DNA from: a virus
IMG/VR virus record: IMGVR_UViG_3300014914_000004
Coordinates: 1-64,000 of that record
Reading direction: 5' to 3' (one strand)
Length of the DNA: 64,000 nucleotides
Made by a program: the position numbers and the translations under genes. The notes below the pieces were generated by a model, which was not told the origin of the DNA, did not search any database, and saw nothing but the letters and a program-made list of their open reading frames with translations. Below are positions 1-8,112 of the stretch, one piece after another (positions within the stretch are counted from its first letter, which is position 1; every line of letters begins with the position of its first letter).

Positions 1-1
1 A

Positions 2-283
2 ATTTGCGATATTTGCGGTACGTTAGCACGTTGTTATCGCCCTCAAAGTCGCCATGTTTGTGGGGAATGTCTTGATAAGTGTTTCGACACTATAAAAGCA
101 CTTCGAAAAGAAAATAAACGACTCCAGAAAGATCTTCCTGCCACTTGTCCAAGATGCGGATTGAGTGGTCTTGTCAGGGATAGTAAAAACCCGAAAGAAT
201 GGTGGTGTTGCGACATTATGTGCGGGTATGGGTATATTGAGGGTGTAGGAGAATGTTCCATCCCGGAAAATGGGTACGGTTGA
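2..283 (+). CDS. Cys-rich (zinc-finger-like) hypothetical protein, 5'-truncated
   Basis: Frame 2 is open from the window edge to TGA at 281-283: ICDICG...CGEC...CPRCG...CCDIMCG. Not in the ORF track because it lacks a start codon. Confidence 0.7.
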   Translation: MCDICGTLARCYRPQSRHVCGECLDKCFDTIKALRKENKRLQKDLPATCPRCGLSGLVRDSKNPKEWWCCDIMCGYGYIEGVGECSIPENGYG

Positions 284-300
284 GGAGTATATGGAGGTGA

Positions 301-540
301 GTGGTGATTAAAAGTAAAGAGGCCGAGATTAGAGAGCTTCAAGTCGAAAACGCTGAGTTGAAAGAGCGGTTGAAAGCTCTCCATCGGATAGCCAGCCTCC
401 CGTGCACGATGGACGCGGAGTTTGCGTCTGAAAATTATCCTTGCACCGAAATCGGTAAGGTTGAGTGTGAGAGGGCGCAGCAGTTAAAGTTGCAGAGGGA
501 AGCTGACAATAGTCAGCGCCTTTTAGAGGTGATGGGATGA
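301..540 (+). CDS. hypothetical protein (coiled coil)
   Basis: GGAGGTG RBS; ATGA overlap with next ORF. Confidence 0.7.
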   Translation: MVIKSKEAEIRELQVENAELKERLKALHRIASLPCTMDAEFASENYPCTEIGKVECERAQQLKLQREADNSQRLLEVMG

Positions 541-734
541 CTAAAGAAGCCTACATACATCCGGCAGCTACTCGTGGGATAGAAGACGGCAAACCGTGCA
601 TTTACCTATCCCAACAAAATAAACTGATTTCTGTTTTACGCGGTGATGCGGTAGATGCGTTTGCAAGGGCATGGGATCATGCATATGACGTGTATAGGCA
701 ATCGTTAGGTCGCGCGAAAGAACGTAATGACTGA
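537..734 (+). CDS. hypothetical protein
   Basis: ATGA-coupled in a dense + strand gene run. Confidence 0.7.
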   Translation: MTKEAYIHPAATRGIEDGKPCIYLSQQNKLISVLRGDAVDAFARAWDHAYDVYRQSLGRAKERND

Positions 735-885
735 AATCACTAACGAGGAATTCTGTCCCAAAACTGAAGACCACATTCATTGTGAGCACTGGTGGGACGG
801 TGAATGCTGTTGCGCCTGTAGGGCATCGGCCATGACTAACGAACAGAAGTTAGATCAGGGAATGGAGGTTGAAAGTGGCGAATGA
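727..885 (+). CDS. small Cys/His-rich hypothetical protein (52 aa)
   Basis: Hand translation MTEITNEEFCPKTEDHIHCEHWWDGECCCACRA...; fills the gap between neighbours; below the ORF-track cutoff. Confidence 0.6.
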   Translation: MTEITNEEFCPKTEDHIHCEHWWDGECCCACRASAMTNEQKLDQGMEVESGE

Positions 886-1069
886 CACCCCTCCGCAAGG
901 TACGCTGATTGACGCCTGCGATGAGAGAGGTAACGAGTGCCGCGCTCTATCCCTGGGGTGGCGCGGTGCTGGAGAGCGTCTCATTATTAAGGACATGCAC
1001 ACTCAAGAGAAGCGGCTCGCGTTTGAGTGGAAATACCCATATGAAGGAACAGGAGCGTGGAGGCAATGA
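875..1069 (+). CDS. hypothetical protein
   Basis: GGAGG RBS then GTG at 875; overlaps next start. Confidence 0.6.
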   Translation: MANDTPPQGTLIDACDERGNECRALSLGWRGAGERLIIKDMHTQEKRLAFEWKYPYEGTGAWRQ

Positions 1070-1269
1070 TGACACCAACGCGTGTAGTTATTGACGAGAA
1101 GGGATACGCAGTCTCCCCAGAGGCTGCTAAAAAACTGGGAATCACCTGGGATGTGATCTACGTGCGCGAAGACGGATGGAGCCTGGGAGCTCCTGATTGC
1201 TTGTCCTCAGTCGCACATAGTTTGTGGTCAGACCTGTGGGTAGATACTGTGAGGGTGAAGGATGATTAA
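1066..1269 (+). CDS. hypothetical protein
   Basis: GGAGG RBS; ATGA coupling. Confidence 0.65.
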   Translation: MMTPTRVVIDEKGYAVSPEAAKKLGITWDVIYVREDGWSLGAPDCLSSVAHSLWSDLWVDTVRVKDD

Positions 1270-1468
1270 CGTCTTGGAAGATGATACCCTGACTGAAACA
1301 CAATTTGGTTTTAACTGGGGACCTGCAATAGTTGAGCGCTGCGTAAGTGACAAAGGGAGCGTGACACTAAGAGTCATGACGAAGAAACAATGCCTGGAAG
1401 TGAGGGTCACTCCGAAGGGACTTATCAGGGTGGGCACTCCAACACGCATAGAAAATAAGAGAGGTTAG
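1262..1468 (+). CDS. hypothetical protein
   Basis: Tightly packed ORF with purine-rich RBS. Confidence 0.65.
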   Translation: MINVLEDDTLTETQFGFNWGPAIVERCVSDKGSVTLRVMTKKQCLEVRVTPKGLIRVGTPTRIENKRG

Positions 1469-1469
1469 T

Positions 1470-1892
1470 ATGGACAGCGAAAAGAAAAGCGAGTTTGCAG
1501 AGGCCGCAGAGCCTTTGATGAAGTGGCTGGAAGAGAATTGCCACCCACACACAGAGGCAATGGTAGGCTGCACCCATGCCCGCCTGGTTGAAGACGTACT
1601 TATGTTCAAAACAGAAAAGTACATTGAGTGCTGCAGCGGCACAAAAGCTGATGTGAAGGTGTGGGGCTTCCCCTGTAAAGAGGAGGAAGAAATTGTGGAG
1701 TTTTCAACAGCCCAGGAAACTCATAGGCTCGGCCAGAAGTACAAATGTGGCGGAGAGATTGGAACCCTCGATGAGATTTATGAGGATGAGATCCATCTCT
1801 ATCTAGACGTTACGGACGATGATAGCCAGGGGGTTGCGATGTCTCGCGATGACTTCGAGAGAGATTGGGAGAGGTGTGACAGGGAAGAATAA
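1470..1892 (+). CDS. acidic hypothetical protein
   Basis: GAGG RBS; 140 aa ORF. Confidence 0.7.
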   Translation: MDSEKKSEFAEAAEPLMKWLEENCHPHTEAMVGCTHARLVEDVLMFKTEKYIECCSGTKADVKVWGFPCKEEEEIVEFSTAQETHRLGQKYKCGGEIGTLDEIYEDEIHLYLDVTDDDSQGVAMSRDDFERDWERCDREE

Positions 1893-1915
1893 CTTGAAAA
1901 AGTAAAGGAGAGACC

Positions 1916-2333
1916 ATGAAGTGTGCCAACAAGTACTGCGAGCGTGCTGCGCTACCGCAGATGGTCGTCTGTGCCGAGCATGCTACTCCGGATGCCATCC
2001 GGATGGCGCTGCAGCGACTTGTCGACATAGAAACGGATCTGAAAGAGTGTGCCCGACTGGAACGCGTACGTGCAGGTAAAGCAGAGGCCAAACTTGCTGA
2101 GTATCTGAAGGGTCCCTGGGCTCCCCACAAGACTCCCGAGGAATGTGCCACATGGCATGACGGATGTAACTGTACCCCTGATGTGTGCGTCAGCTTGTGG
2201 GAGACGTGTAATAGCATGGAAGAGCAGATCAAAAAAAATACAAACATGGTTTGAAGAACAACATCATGTAGATGGTATGCCAGTTTACCTAATGGATCAG
2301 CTCGCAGCCATTCTCGCTGGAGTTGAACAGTGA
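1916..2333 (+). CDS. Cys-rich hypothetical protein, apparently split by a frameshift at an A8 run (2231-2238)
   Basis: AAGGAG RBS. Frame 0 stops at 2254; removing one A gives ...MEEQIKKIQTWFEEQHH...AGVEQ* ending at 2333. Confidence 0.55.
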
Positions 2334-2389
2334 TCAACTGCAGTGAAGCTCAGACATATAACTGATGCACTGCACGGAGAGGACGACAA

Positions 2390-2614
2390 ATGAAACACAA
2401 GCAAAGTACCAGACGCGTCATGGCCCTCCAACGTCGTAAAGCCGACGTGGAGACCCATGAAAAGCGTCTAAAGAGTGCCACCAAGGAAGCCCAGACTTTA
2501 GAGGGTAAGACTTATCGGGAGGACGAGTACAAGAAGCTTGTAGCCCGTAAGCTCGCTACAGCTCAGGCGGAGGTGGAGATTCTTACGGAGCGGACCAAGG
2601 CCCTCAGCACATGA
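2390..2614 (+). CDS. basic coiled-coil hypothetical protein
   Basis: GAGG RBS; ATGA overlap downstream. Confidence 0.7.
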   Translation: MKHKQSTRRVMALQRRKADVETHEKRLKSATKEAQTLEGKTYREDEYKKLVARKLATAQAEVEILTERTKALST

Positions 2615-2847
2615 ACCTCCACAAACAGAAATTGCTAGAAGAGACTGAGGAGGAGATCACAAAAGCCGAAGATGTCCTGGCCTGCGCAAGCAGGTTCAGG
2701 GAATGGGTGGAGGATATGCCAGAAGCCTGTAGATGTGACCCGCGTGACTGGGGTGGTCCTGTAGGTAAGATCTGTGACGAGTACCGCCCAGGGGTTGATT
2801 CGCTATGTAAGAAATGTGAGCACGACAAGGAGTGTCATACATGCTAG
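2611..2847 (+). CDS. Cys-rich hypothetical protein
   Basis: CRC, C, CKKCEHDKECH; coupled start. Confidence 0.7.
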   Translation: MNLHKQKLLEETEEEITKAEDVLACASRFREWVEDMPEACRCDPRDWGGPVGKICDEYRPGVDSLCKKCEHDKECHTC

Positions 2848-3104
2848 TAATAGATAATCCCCAGCATCACGAGAAGATGTTGGAGAAAGCAAAAGAGACA
2901 GATAGTCTCGAGTCTCTCGAAGCCCAGTTTGAATACCTCAAGAATTATGGCCATGACCCTGAGAAGAACAAAGTATCTCTCGGGTACGACTTCGCAGGTT
3001 ACGGCGTAACGTGGAGCAGGCTGCGCGATGGTGTATGGGAGCCCTGGATGTGGGGCGGCCTGATACACCACAGCTACGACAACGAATGGAGCGTACACAC
3101 ATGA
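2841..3104 (+). CDS. DUF4120-like protein
   Basis: AAGGAG RBS; LGYDF...GGLIHH...WSVHT C-terminus resembles DUF4120 (recalled, not searched). Confidence 0.6.
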   Translation: MLVIDNPQHHEKMLEKAKETDSLESLEAQFEYLKNYGHDPEKNKVSLGYDFAGYGVTWSRLRDGVWEPWMWGGLIHHSYDNEWSVHT

Positions 3105-3304
3105 AATTTGTGACAGAGATTACCACCACCAACGATGCGTTCGTAGGCGATCCGGAAGAAGTAGTGCGAGTACTGAAACAAGCTGCAAAGAAAGCAGTAC
3201 GGCTGTACGCTGCACCCGTGGGAAACATTCCCAGGGAGACCACCTTGCCTCTACATGACAGCAACGGGAATACCGTAGGTAGTGTGTTGTTGCTGGAGGG
3301 ATAG
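3101..3304 (+). CDS. phage hypothetical protein
   Basis: ATGA overlap at 3101; MKFVTEITTTNDAF...DSNGNTVG. Confidence 0.7.
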   Translation: MKFVTEITTTNDAFVGDPEEVVRVLKQAAKKAVRLYAAPVGNIPRETTLPLHDSNGNTVGSVLLLEG

Positions 3305-3562
3305 ATGGAAAAGTACACGTATCGAGGATACTACATCCGCCCTCAGATGCTGGCAGCGCTTCTCCGCTACACTGAGGAGCATTGTAAGGTAGGTGACTTT
3401 CTTACTGCAGTCCTGGAGAACAATCTCTCTGAAGCAGTGGGGAGGGCCGACGACGAGAATCTTGCGAACCTCCCTGCGTTCGTGGGCTACCTGTACAATG
3501 AAGCACCTGCTCCATGCTGGGGGTCTAAAGAAAAAGTTAAAGCGTGGTTGGGGGAGAAGTAG
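3305..3562 (+). CDS. conserved phage hypothetical protein
   Basis: GGAGG RBS; FLTAVLENNL..AVGRAD..N...LYNEAP..CWGS motif typical of a phage orphan family. Confidence 0.75.
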   Translation: MEKYTYRGYYIRPQMLAALLRYTEEHCKVGDFLTAVLENNLSEAVGRADDENLANLPAFVGYLYNEAPAPCWGSKEKVKAWLGEK

Positions 3563-3566
3563 AAAG

Positions 3567-3594
3567 GAAAGGGGGGCGTAGCGCCCTCTTTTTT
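3567..3594 (+). terminator. intrinsic terminator
   Basis: GAAAGGGGGGCG-TAG-CGCCCTCTTTTTT hairpin plus U-tract right after the stop. Confidence 0.8.
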
Positions 3595-3642
3595 GCTGTT
3601 AGCTGCAGGCGGCTTTGTCTCCTAAAAAATCTCCCCTTCCAG

Positions 3643-3651
3643 TGGTAAAAG
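3643..3651 (+). promoter_or_regulatory. candidate phage promoter motif TGGTWWAAG
   Basis: TGGTAAAAG after a terminator and 31 nt before ATG 3683; same motif at 18862(+) and 27285-27293(-). Confidence 0.45.
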
Positions 3652-3682
3652 AGCGTAATCCTTAAACATCATTGGAGGCCCT

Positions 3683-3835
3683 ATGGATACAAAGACAATA
3701 GTAATTCCTGAGGTAGACATTCCTTTACTCCGTAAACAGCGAGATCATTTGCTGTCATTACCGAGAGAAGAGAATGTAGAAGGTGTTATTCATCTTTTGG
3801 ATGCGATGCTAGACATCGCAGAAAGGGGAGATTGA
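3683..3835 (+). CDS. small hypothetical protein (50 aa)
   Basis: GGAGG RBS; MDTKTIVIPEVDIPLLRKQRDHLL...ERGD*. Confidence 0.7.
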   Translation: MDTKTIVIPEVDIPLLRKQRDHLLSLPREENVEGVIHLLDAMLDIAERGD

Positions 3836-3838
3836 TAA

Positions 3839-4093
3839 ATGACCTCCAAGTTATTCGGCGGATACCTAATTGTATCCTTCGTCACTTACGGCATTTTGTG
3901 TCATATGATACATAACCTTCAGCCGACTATAATCAACTCTCCCATCGCCCAAGAGGAGTGCCTTTCGGCCCTAAAAATAGGCCGCACAACAAGCAATGAA
4001 CATTGGGAGATGTTCGTAGACTGCACTGAGGACTTGGACAGATATGCCAAACACTCAAAGTCTCTAGTATGTCTCGATGAGATTACACACTAG
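3839..4093 (+). CDS. hypothetical protein with N-terminal hydrophobic segment
   Basis: GGAG RBS; LFGGYLIVSFVTYGILC. Confidence 0.6.
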   Translation: MTSKLFGGYLIVSFVTYGILCHMIHNLQPTIINSPIAQEECLSALKIGRTTSNEHWEMFVDCTEDLDRYAKHSKSLVCLDEITH

Positions 4094-4175
4094 GTATTAC
4101 ATACTTAGAAAGTATTCCGCACGATAAGTACATCTCCAGAGCAGACGACTACAAGAAGTGGAAGGAAGAAAACTA

Positions 4176-4379
4176 ATGTCCATAGCTAACCCAAGACTCC
4201 ACATCATCTGCGGGATATGTGGATGCAACAATGAGTTAATCTACGAGATAGTAGGAAGAGAGGTTCCTGGAAAACACTTGAATGTCCACATTCGTTGTCG
4301 CAATTGCGACTCTTTAACCGAGTTGCGTGAGGTGATGGAGGCGAAGATACAGTACAGCAAGAAGGAGAATGTCAAATGA
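4176..4379 (+). CDS. zinc-ribbon protein
   Basis: CGICGC...CRNC; ATG at 4176. Confidence 0.65.
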   Translation: MSIANPRLHIICGICGCNNELIYEIVGREVPGKHLNVHIRCRNCDSLTELREVMEAKIQYSKKENVK

Positions 4380-4798
4380 GTATCAGTTCAGATGGAGTTA
4401 TCTTCTTTGGTTTCTCTCTAGGCAATGAAGAAGACCGAGAAGAGGCATTACCCTGGGAGATCCTAGGGGATGATTGGGACTGGGATGACTACTTGGCCCA
4501 AAAGATGGGTATTGTGCGAGAGAATTACGCAGAGTTTGGGCTATACTATGACGCGAGGAACAAGGCTATTGCCGAATTGGGATGTGAAGTGTACATCCAC
4601 GGTGGGGACTACTGTGTAGCACACGATATCGCATTGGTTTCCACGTATAAGTCCGCTTCTCGCGGTTGTCCTGTTACGCTATCGCAAGACCATTTCAATG
4701 TGACAGAGGAAGACATTGCCAAACTAAAGAAGTTCTGTGAGTTTCTGGGAGCAGAGTGGCAGGAGCCCTCCTGGATTCTGACTAGTTGGATGGGCTAA
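4376..4798 (+). CDS. acidic hypothetical protein
   Basis: AAGGAG RBS; ATGA coupling. Confidence 0.75.
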   Translation: MSISSDGVIFFGFSLGNEEDREEALPWEILGDDWDWDDYLAQKMGIVRENYAEFGLYYDARNKAIAELGCEVYIHGGDYCVAHDIALVSTYKSASRGCPVTLSQDHFNVTEEDIAKLKKFCEFLGAEWQEPSWILTSWMG

Positions 4799-5013
4799 TG
4801 GCATTCAACGACGAAAATTGGCTAACCTCCACCTTAGATTGTGGAGATAATTCGTGTTATTACCGGGACAGAACGAAGCCCTCAGGCATGCGTACCAATG
4901 GTGGCTGCAGGTGCTTCTCGGTCCTAACATCCAAGAAGCAGCTCTTTGTTAATAAGATGCTGTGGACAATCAAGAAGCAGGAAGAGGAACTAGAAGACCT
5001 GCGAGGAAAATAA
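4798..5013 (+). CDS. Cys-rich hypothetical protein
   Basis: TAATG coupling; CGDNSC...GMRTNGGCRC. Confidence 0.7.
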   Translation: MAFNDENWLTSTLDCGDNSCYYRDRTKPSGMRTNGGCRCFSVLTSKKQLFVNKMLWTIKKQEEELEDLRGK

Positions 5014-5030
5014 GCAAAAGGAGGCGTACA

Positions 5031-5576
5031 ATGCTGAATGAGTTGTTCCAGATAGTTAACAGGAGTCTCGACAGGGACCAGATGCTACAAATTTTCGAGA
5101 CAGAGGACGACGCAGACGTGAGGCGCGGAGACAACTGTGCAAAGTTGCTATGCAAGAAGATAGGGAAAACACACGACGTTGATGCGTCGGATGGCGCGCA
5201 GATAACTCAGGCGCAGGTTATTGTTGCGGATGTTAAATTCCAGTTGGACCGCTTACTGCATCACCTGTATCGCCACATGCAAAGCCTGTTAGGAGAAAGT
5301 CAGATGAAAATAGAGGAGCTGATTGCAGTTGTTGACGCGGCGTACGATGACGGCCTGATTCTCAAGTACTTTGAGTCCCCGGACGAAGAGCATGGAGATG
5401 GGCTCGCTCGGTTTATCTGCCGGGAGATTCACGAAACATTTAGTACAGAGGCGTCGGATATTGAGCAGGTAGGAGAAGCTCAGAGAGTTATTGCAGTGGC
5501 ACAGAAACAAGTGGCACTTGTAAATTTCTCCCTACAGAAGTTTCAGGAAAGGTTGGAGAGGGAGGCAGAAGAATGA
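5031..5576 (+). CDS. tandem two-domain hypothetical protein with internal start at 5304
   Basis: AAGGAGG RBS at 5031; second AGGAG RBS plus in-frame ATG at 5304; the two halves are homologous. Confidence 0.7.
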   Translation: MLNELFQIVNRSLDRDQMLQIFETEDDADVRRGDNCAKLLCKKIGKTHDVDASDGAQITQAQVIVADVKFQLDRLLHHLYRHMQSLLGESQMKIEELIAVVDAAYDDGLILKYFESPDEEHGDGLARFICREIHETFSTEASDIEQVGEAQRVIAVAQKQVALVNFSLQKFQERLEREAEE

Positions 5577-5935
5577 AGGTCACGTTCTACTTGGTAGCAA
5601 TGACCCGCCAGGAATGTACGATAACTCGAGAGGTTCCTGACGACACTACAGACGCCATGTTGGATGCTATGGCGCTTGATATCCGTGAATCTGCGGATGG
5701 CTCTGAATACACAGAGGACATGGAGTATTGGGAGGAGGAGCCGGCGCGTTGGGAAAAGGTGAAATGTAACTGTGTAGTGCGGCACGCCAATACCCCTGAA
5801 GAGCGTAAGGAGATTGAAGACCGGATTGAATATCGCAAAAGAAATAACGACCTCCACGGGATTGAAATAATGGAGCTTCAATTGGAGAACTCGAGATGTC
5901 CCGCACGCCCGGCTAGTAGTTCCGATGAGGGGTAG
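5573..5935 (+). CDS. hypothetical protein
   Basis: GGAGG RBS; ATGA coupling. Confidence 0.7.
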   Translation: MKVTFYLVAMTRQECTITREVPDDTTDAMLDAMALDIRESADGSEYTEDMEYWEEEPARWEKVKCNCVVRHANTPEERKEIEDRIEYRKRNNDLHGIEIMELQLENSRCPARPASSSDEG

Positions 5936-6134
5936 TCCCGCAGCGCAAAGTCTGTACCTACTGGGTTTCGTAGATGGTGTACAGCGTAAAGTTCCTGATG
6001 TGCTTATTGTAGATCAGGACCTGGAAGCCCAGTATGGTGCAGGGTATCAAGAAGGTGAAAAAGCAATACAAAATATAAAGGACAAGGTGGAGAATGGAAA
6101 TTACACCAGTGGATATCCCGGAGGGGATTTGTAA
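5925..6134 (+). CDS. hypothetical protein
   Basis: Fills the gap; GF.DG...Y.AGYQEG motif. Confidence 0.55.
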   Translation: MRGSPAAQSLYLLGFVDGVQRKVPDVLIVDQDLEAQYGAGYQEGEKAIQNIKDKVENGNYTSGYPGGDL

Positions 6135-6678
6135 CCGCCACGAGGTGTCCAAGTTTGAGATCAGCGCATTGGATGCACTCAGGTATAACGCAACAGGACG
6201 CAGACCTGTGGTTCCCGGTAAATACACACGCCTGGTACGCCTGTCAAAAATACCAGCGGTTGTTATGTCTGATACCCTAGTAGAGCGTGAAGATCATCAG
6301 AAATTCATCGACACTGCTTACGGGACAGTCCTTGTTAACGGCTTAGGGCTAGGCTTGTGCATTGCACCTTTAATGTCTAATCCTGACGTCCTCAATGTGG
6401 TAGTAGTGGAGAAGTCGAAAGATGTAATATCTTTGGTATCCCCTACGTATCGGAAGCGTTATCCGGAACGTCTGGAGATCGTACACGCAGACGCCTATAC
6501 GTACGAGCCGGAGACCCCTCCAGATGTAGTCTGGAATGACATATGGGATACTATCTGTGCTGATAATCTAGCAGGGATGGATGAGCTGGAAGCCAAGTAT
6601 TGTGACGCTGACTGGTGTGAGTCATGGTGCAGGGAGAGGTGTGAGTCTTTAGCGGCCAGGTGGGCAGTAGGAGATTGA
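6094..6678 (+). CDS. class I SAM-dependent methyltransferase-fold protein (spermidine synthase-like)
   Basis: Motif I VLVNGLGLG, acidic end of beta2 (VVEKS), HADAY, DVVWNDIWD. Confidence 0.75.
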   Translation: MEITPVDIPEGICNRHEVSKFEISALDALRYNATGRRPVVPGKYTRLVRLSKIPAVVMSDTLVEREDHQKFIDTAYGTVLVNGLGLGLCIAPLMSNPDVLNVVVVEKSKDVISLVSPTYRKRYPERLEIVHADAYTYEPETPPDVVWNDIWDTICADNLAGMDELEAKYCDADWCESWCRERCESLAARWAVGD

Positions 6679-6682
6679 GAGC

Positions 6683-7144
6683 ATGGGAATTACATTAGAA
6701 CAGGCTAAAGCGGAGATGCACGAGAAGATGCACGACGGGGTGGTGTGCCCCTGTTGTGGAGGGAAGGTGAAGGTCTATAAGCGCAAGCTGAGCAAGGATA
6801 TGGCTAAGTTTCTTTTGATGGTCGTCTCCAAGTACCGAGAGGCAGTAAGATTCTACGCGACGAATGAGGTTATTCAGGGTGGAAACAAGAATGCCACAGA
6901 TGGAGTATACCTGGTACACTGGGGCCTCCTAGAGAAATCAGACGATACGAACAGGGGAGTGCAGGGTGTAGGGCTGTACAGGCCTACTTCAGAAGGGATG
7001 CACTTTGCGTACAATGAAACATATGTACCGACACATGCCCATCTGCTTAATAAGAAGAAAATAGGGGAAAGTTTTGACCGTACGAACATCAAAGGGGTTT
7101 TGGGCGCCGACTACGAAGCGCTCAAGCTTTACTACTTATCTTGA
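6683..7144 (+). CDS. putative Zn-ribbon/winged-helix DNA-binding protein
   Basis: CPCC then helical region, LVHWGLLE...GLYRPT..G wing-like segment. Confidence 0.55.
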   Translation: MGITLEQAKAEMHEKMHDGVVCPCCGGKVKVYKRKLSKDMAKFLLMVVSKYREAVRFYATNEVIQGGNKNATDGVYLVHWGLLEKSDDTNRGVQGVGLYRPTSEGMHFAYNETYVPTHAHLLNKKKIGESFDRTNIKGVLGADYEALKLYYLS

Positions 7145-7355
7145 GAAGACAGTTCCAGCCGAGAAGACGTGTCTGCACTGTGGCGCTGAGTGGGAAGTAG
7201 AAGGCAAGCTTCCACGGTTTACTACCAGGGCGATACAGGTGACGGATCCGACGCACAAGAATGCGGTCTGGTGGGTCTGTCCTGACTGCGGCGCGTCCTG
7301 GGACGCACGCACGGGACAGAAAACTAAAGAGGGGGTTGGTAGTCCAGTGAAGTAG
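7074..7355 (+). CDS. zinc-ribbon protein (start uncertain)
   Basis: CLHC...WVCPDC; ends just before the terminator. Confidence 0.5.
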   Translation: MTVRTSKGFWAPTTKRSSFTTYLEKTVPAEKTCLHCGAEWEVEGKLPRFTTRAIQVTDPTHKNAVWWVCPDCGASWDARTGQKTKEGVGSPVK

Positions 7356-7374
7356 CGTTGCGAGTACTACAAGA

Positions 7375-7416
7375 GGAGGTAGCAGTCTTAATTGACTGCT
7401 GCCGTCCTTTTTTTTT
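7375..7416 (+). terminator. intrinsic terminator closing the accessory cluster
   Basis: GGTAGCAGTC-TTAATT-GACTGCTGCC stem followed by T9. Confidence 0.85.
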
Positions 7417-7476
7417 GATCTTTAGCCTATACTTTCAAACGTAGGCTTTACGGAGTAATCTAGTAAGAGGAGTCGC

Positions 7477-8112
7477 ATGTATACTGTGCAAATAACTAAC
7501 ATCAGTACAGGGGTCGTAGTGATCCAGGATCCTTACCCCTCAGAAGGCCGGCTGACTATCCCCCTAGATCCCGGAGAAGTAGAGACCCGTGAGCTCATAG
7601 ACTCCCAGTATGATCGGGTAAAAGCACAGCTTGACTGGCACGCAGGGGACGGCAGGATCACCTACACTGCGTACAACGGTCCTGCCAGTAAAATTATGAA
7701 TGATTCAGGTGTGCCGGGCTTAACCGTAAAAGAGGCGCTGGATAACCTGGCCGGAGGCATAACAGGTACTTCTGATATGTTTTTGTCTGGAGGACGAGAA
7801 GGGGCAGCTATATCCAACGTGTATCTCCGGGGTCCCGGGGGAACTCCTACGAATCAGTCAGGGTTCGTTATCCCGTACGACGCTACTATCGTAGCCCTCA
7901 GTCTTGCAACTACGGGCGCACACACCTGGACGCTAGAGGTGCGCAAGAACAATAATCCTGCAGTTATCGCGTCACTTACAGTTGCTGCTTTAGAGCGGAC
8001 GTATGACAGTACAATTAATGTAGATATTGATGCTGGAGATGAGCTTCAACTGTATTGTAACGGTACAAACATCAATGCACCTTCAGGGTCCCTTGTACTG
8101 AGGAGGAGATAA
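7477..8112 (+). CDS. putative virion fibre/decoration protein
   Basis: GAGGAG RBS; TVKEALDNL trimer-type motif; beta-sandwich C-terminus (IDAGDELQLY). Confidence 0.6.
   Translation: MYTVQITNISTGVVVIQDPYPSEGRLTIPLDPGEVETRELIDSQYDRVKAQLDWHAGDGRITYTAYNGPASKIMNDSGVPGLTVKEALDNLAGGITGTSDMFLSGGREGAAISNVYLRGPGGTPTNQSGFVIPYDATIVALSLATTGAHTWTLEVRKNNNPAVIASLTVAALERTYDSTINVDIDAGDELQLYCNGTNINAPSGSLVLRRR

Noticed and set aside
4069-4176. Short frame ATG TCT CGA TGA followed by DYTLGIT...WKEEN* (possible TGA readthrough or frameshift extension of 3839)
   Set aside because: No RBS, SECIS-like hairpin or clear slippery site; may be a gene remnant but cannot be supported
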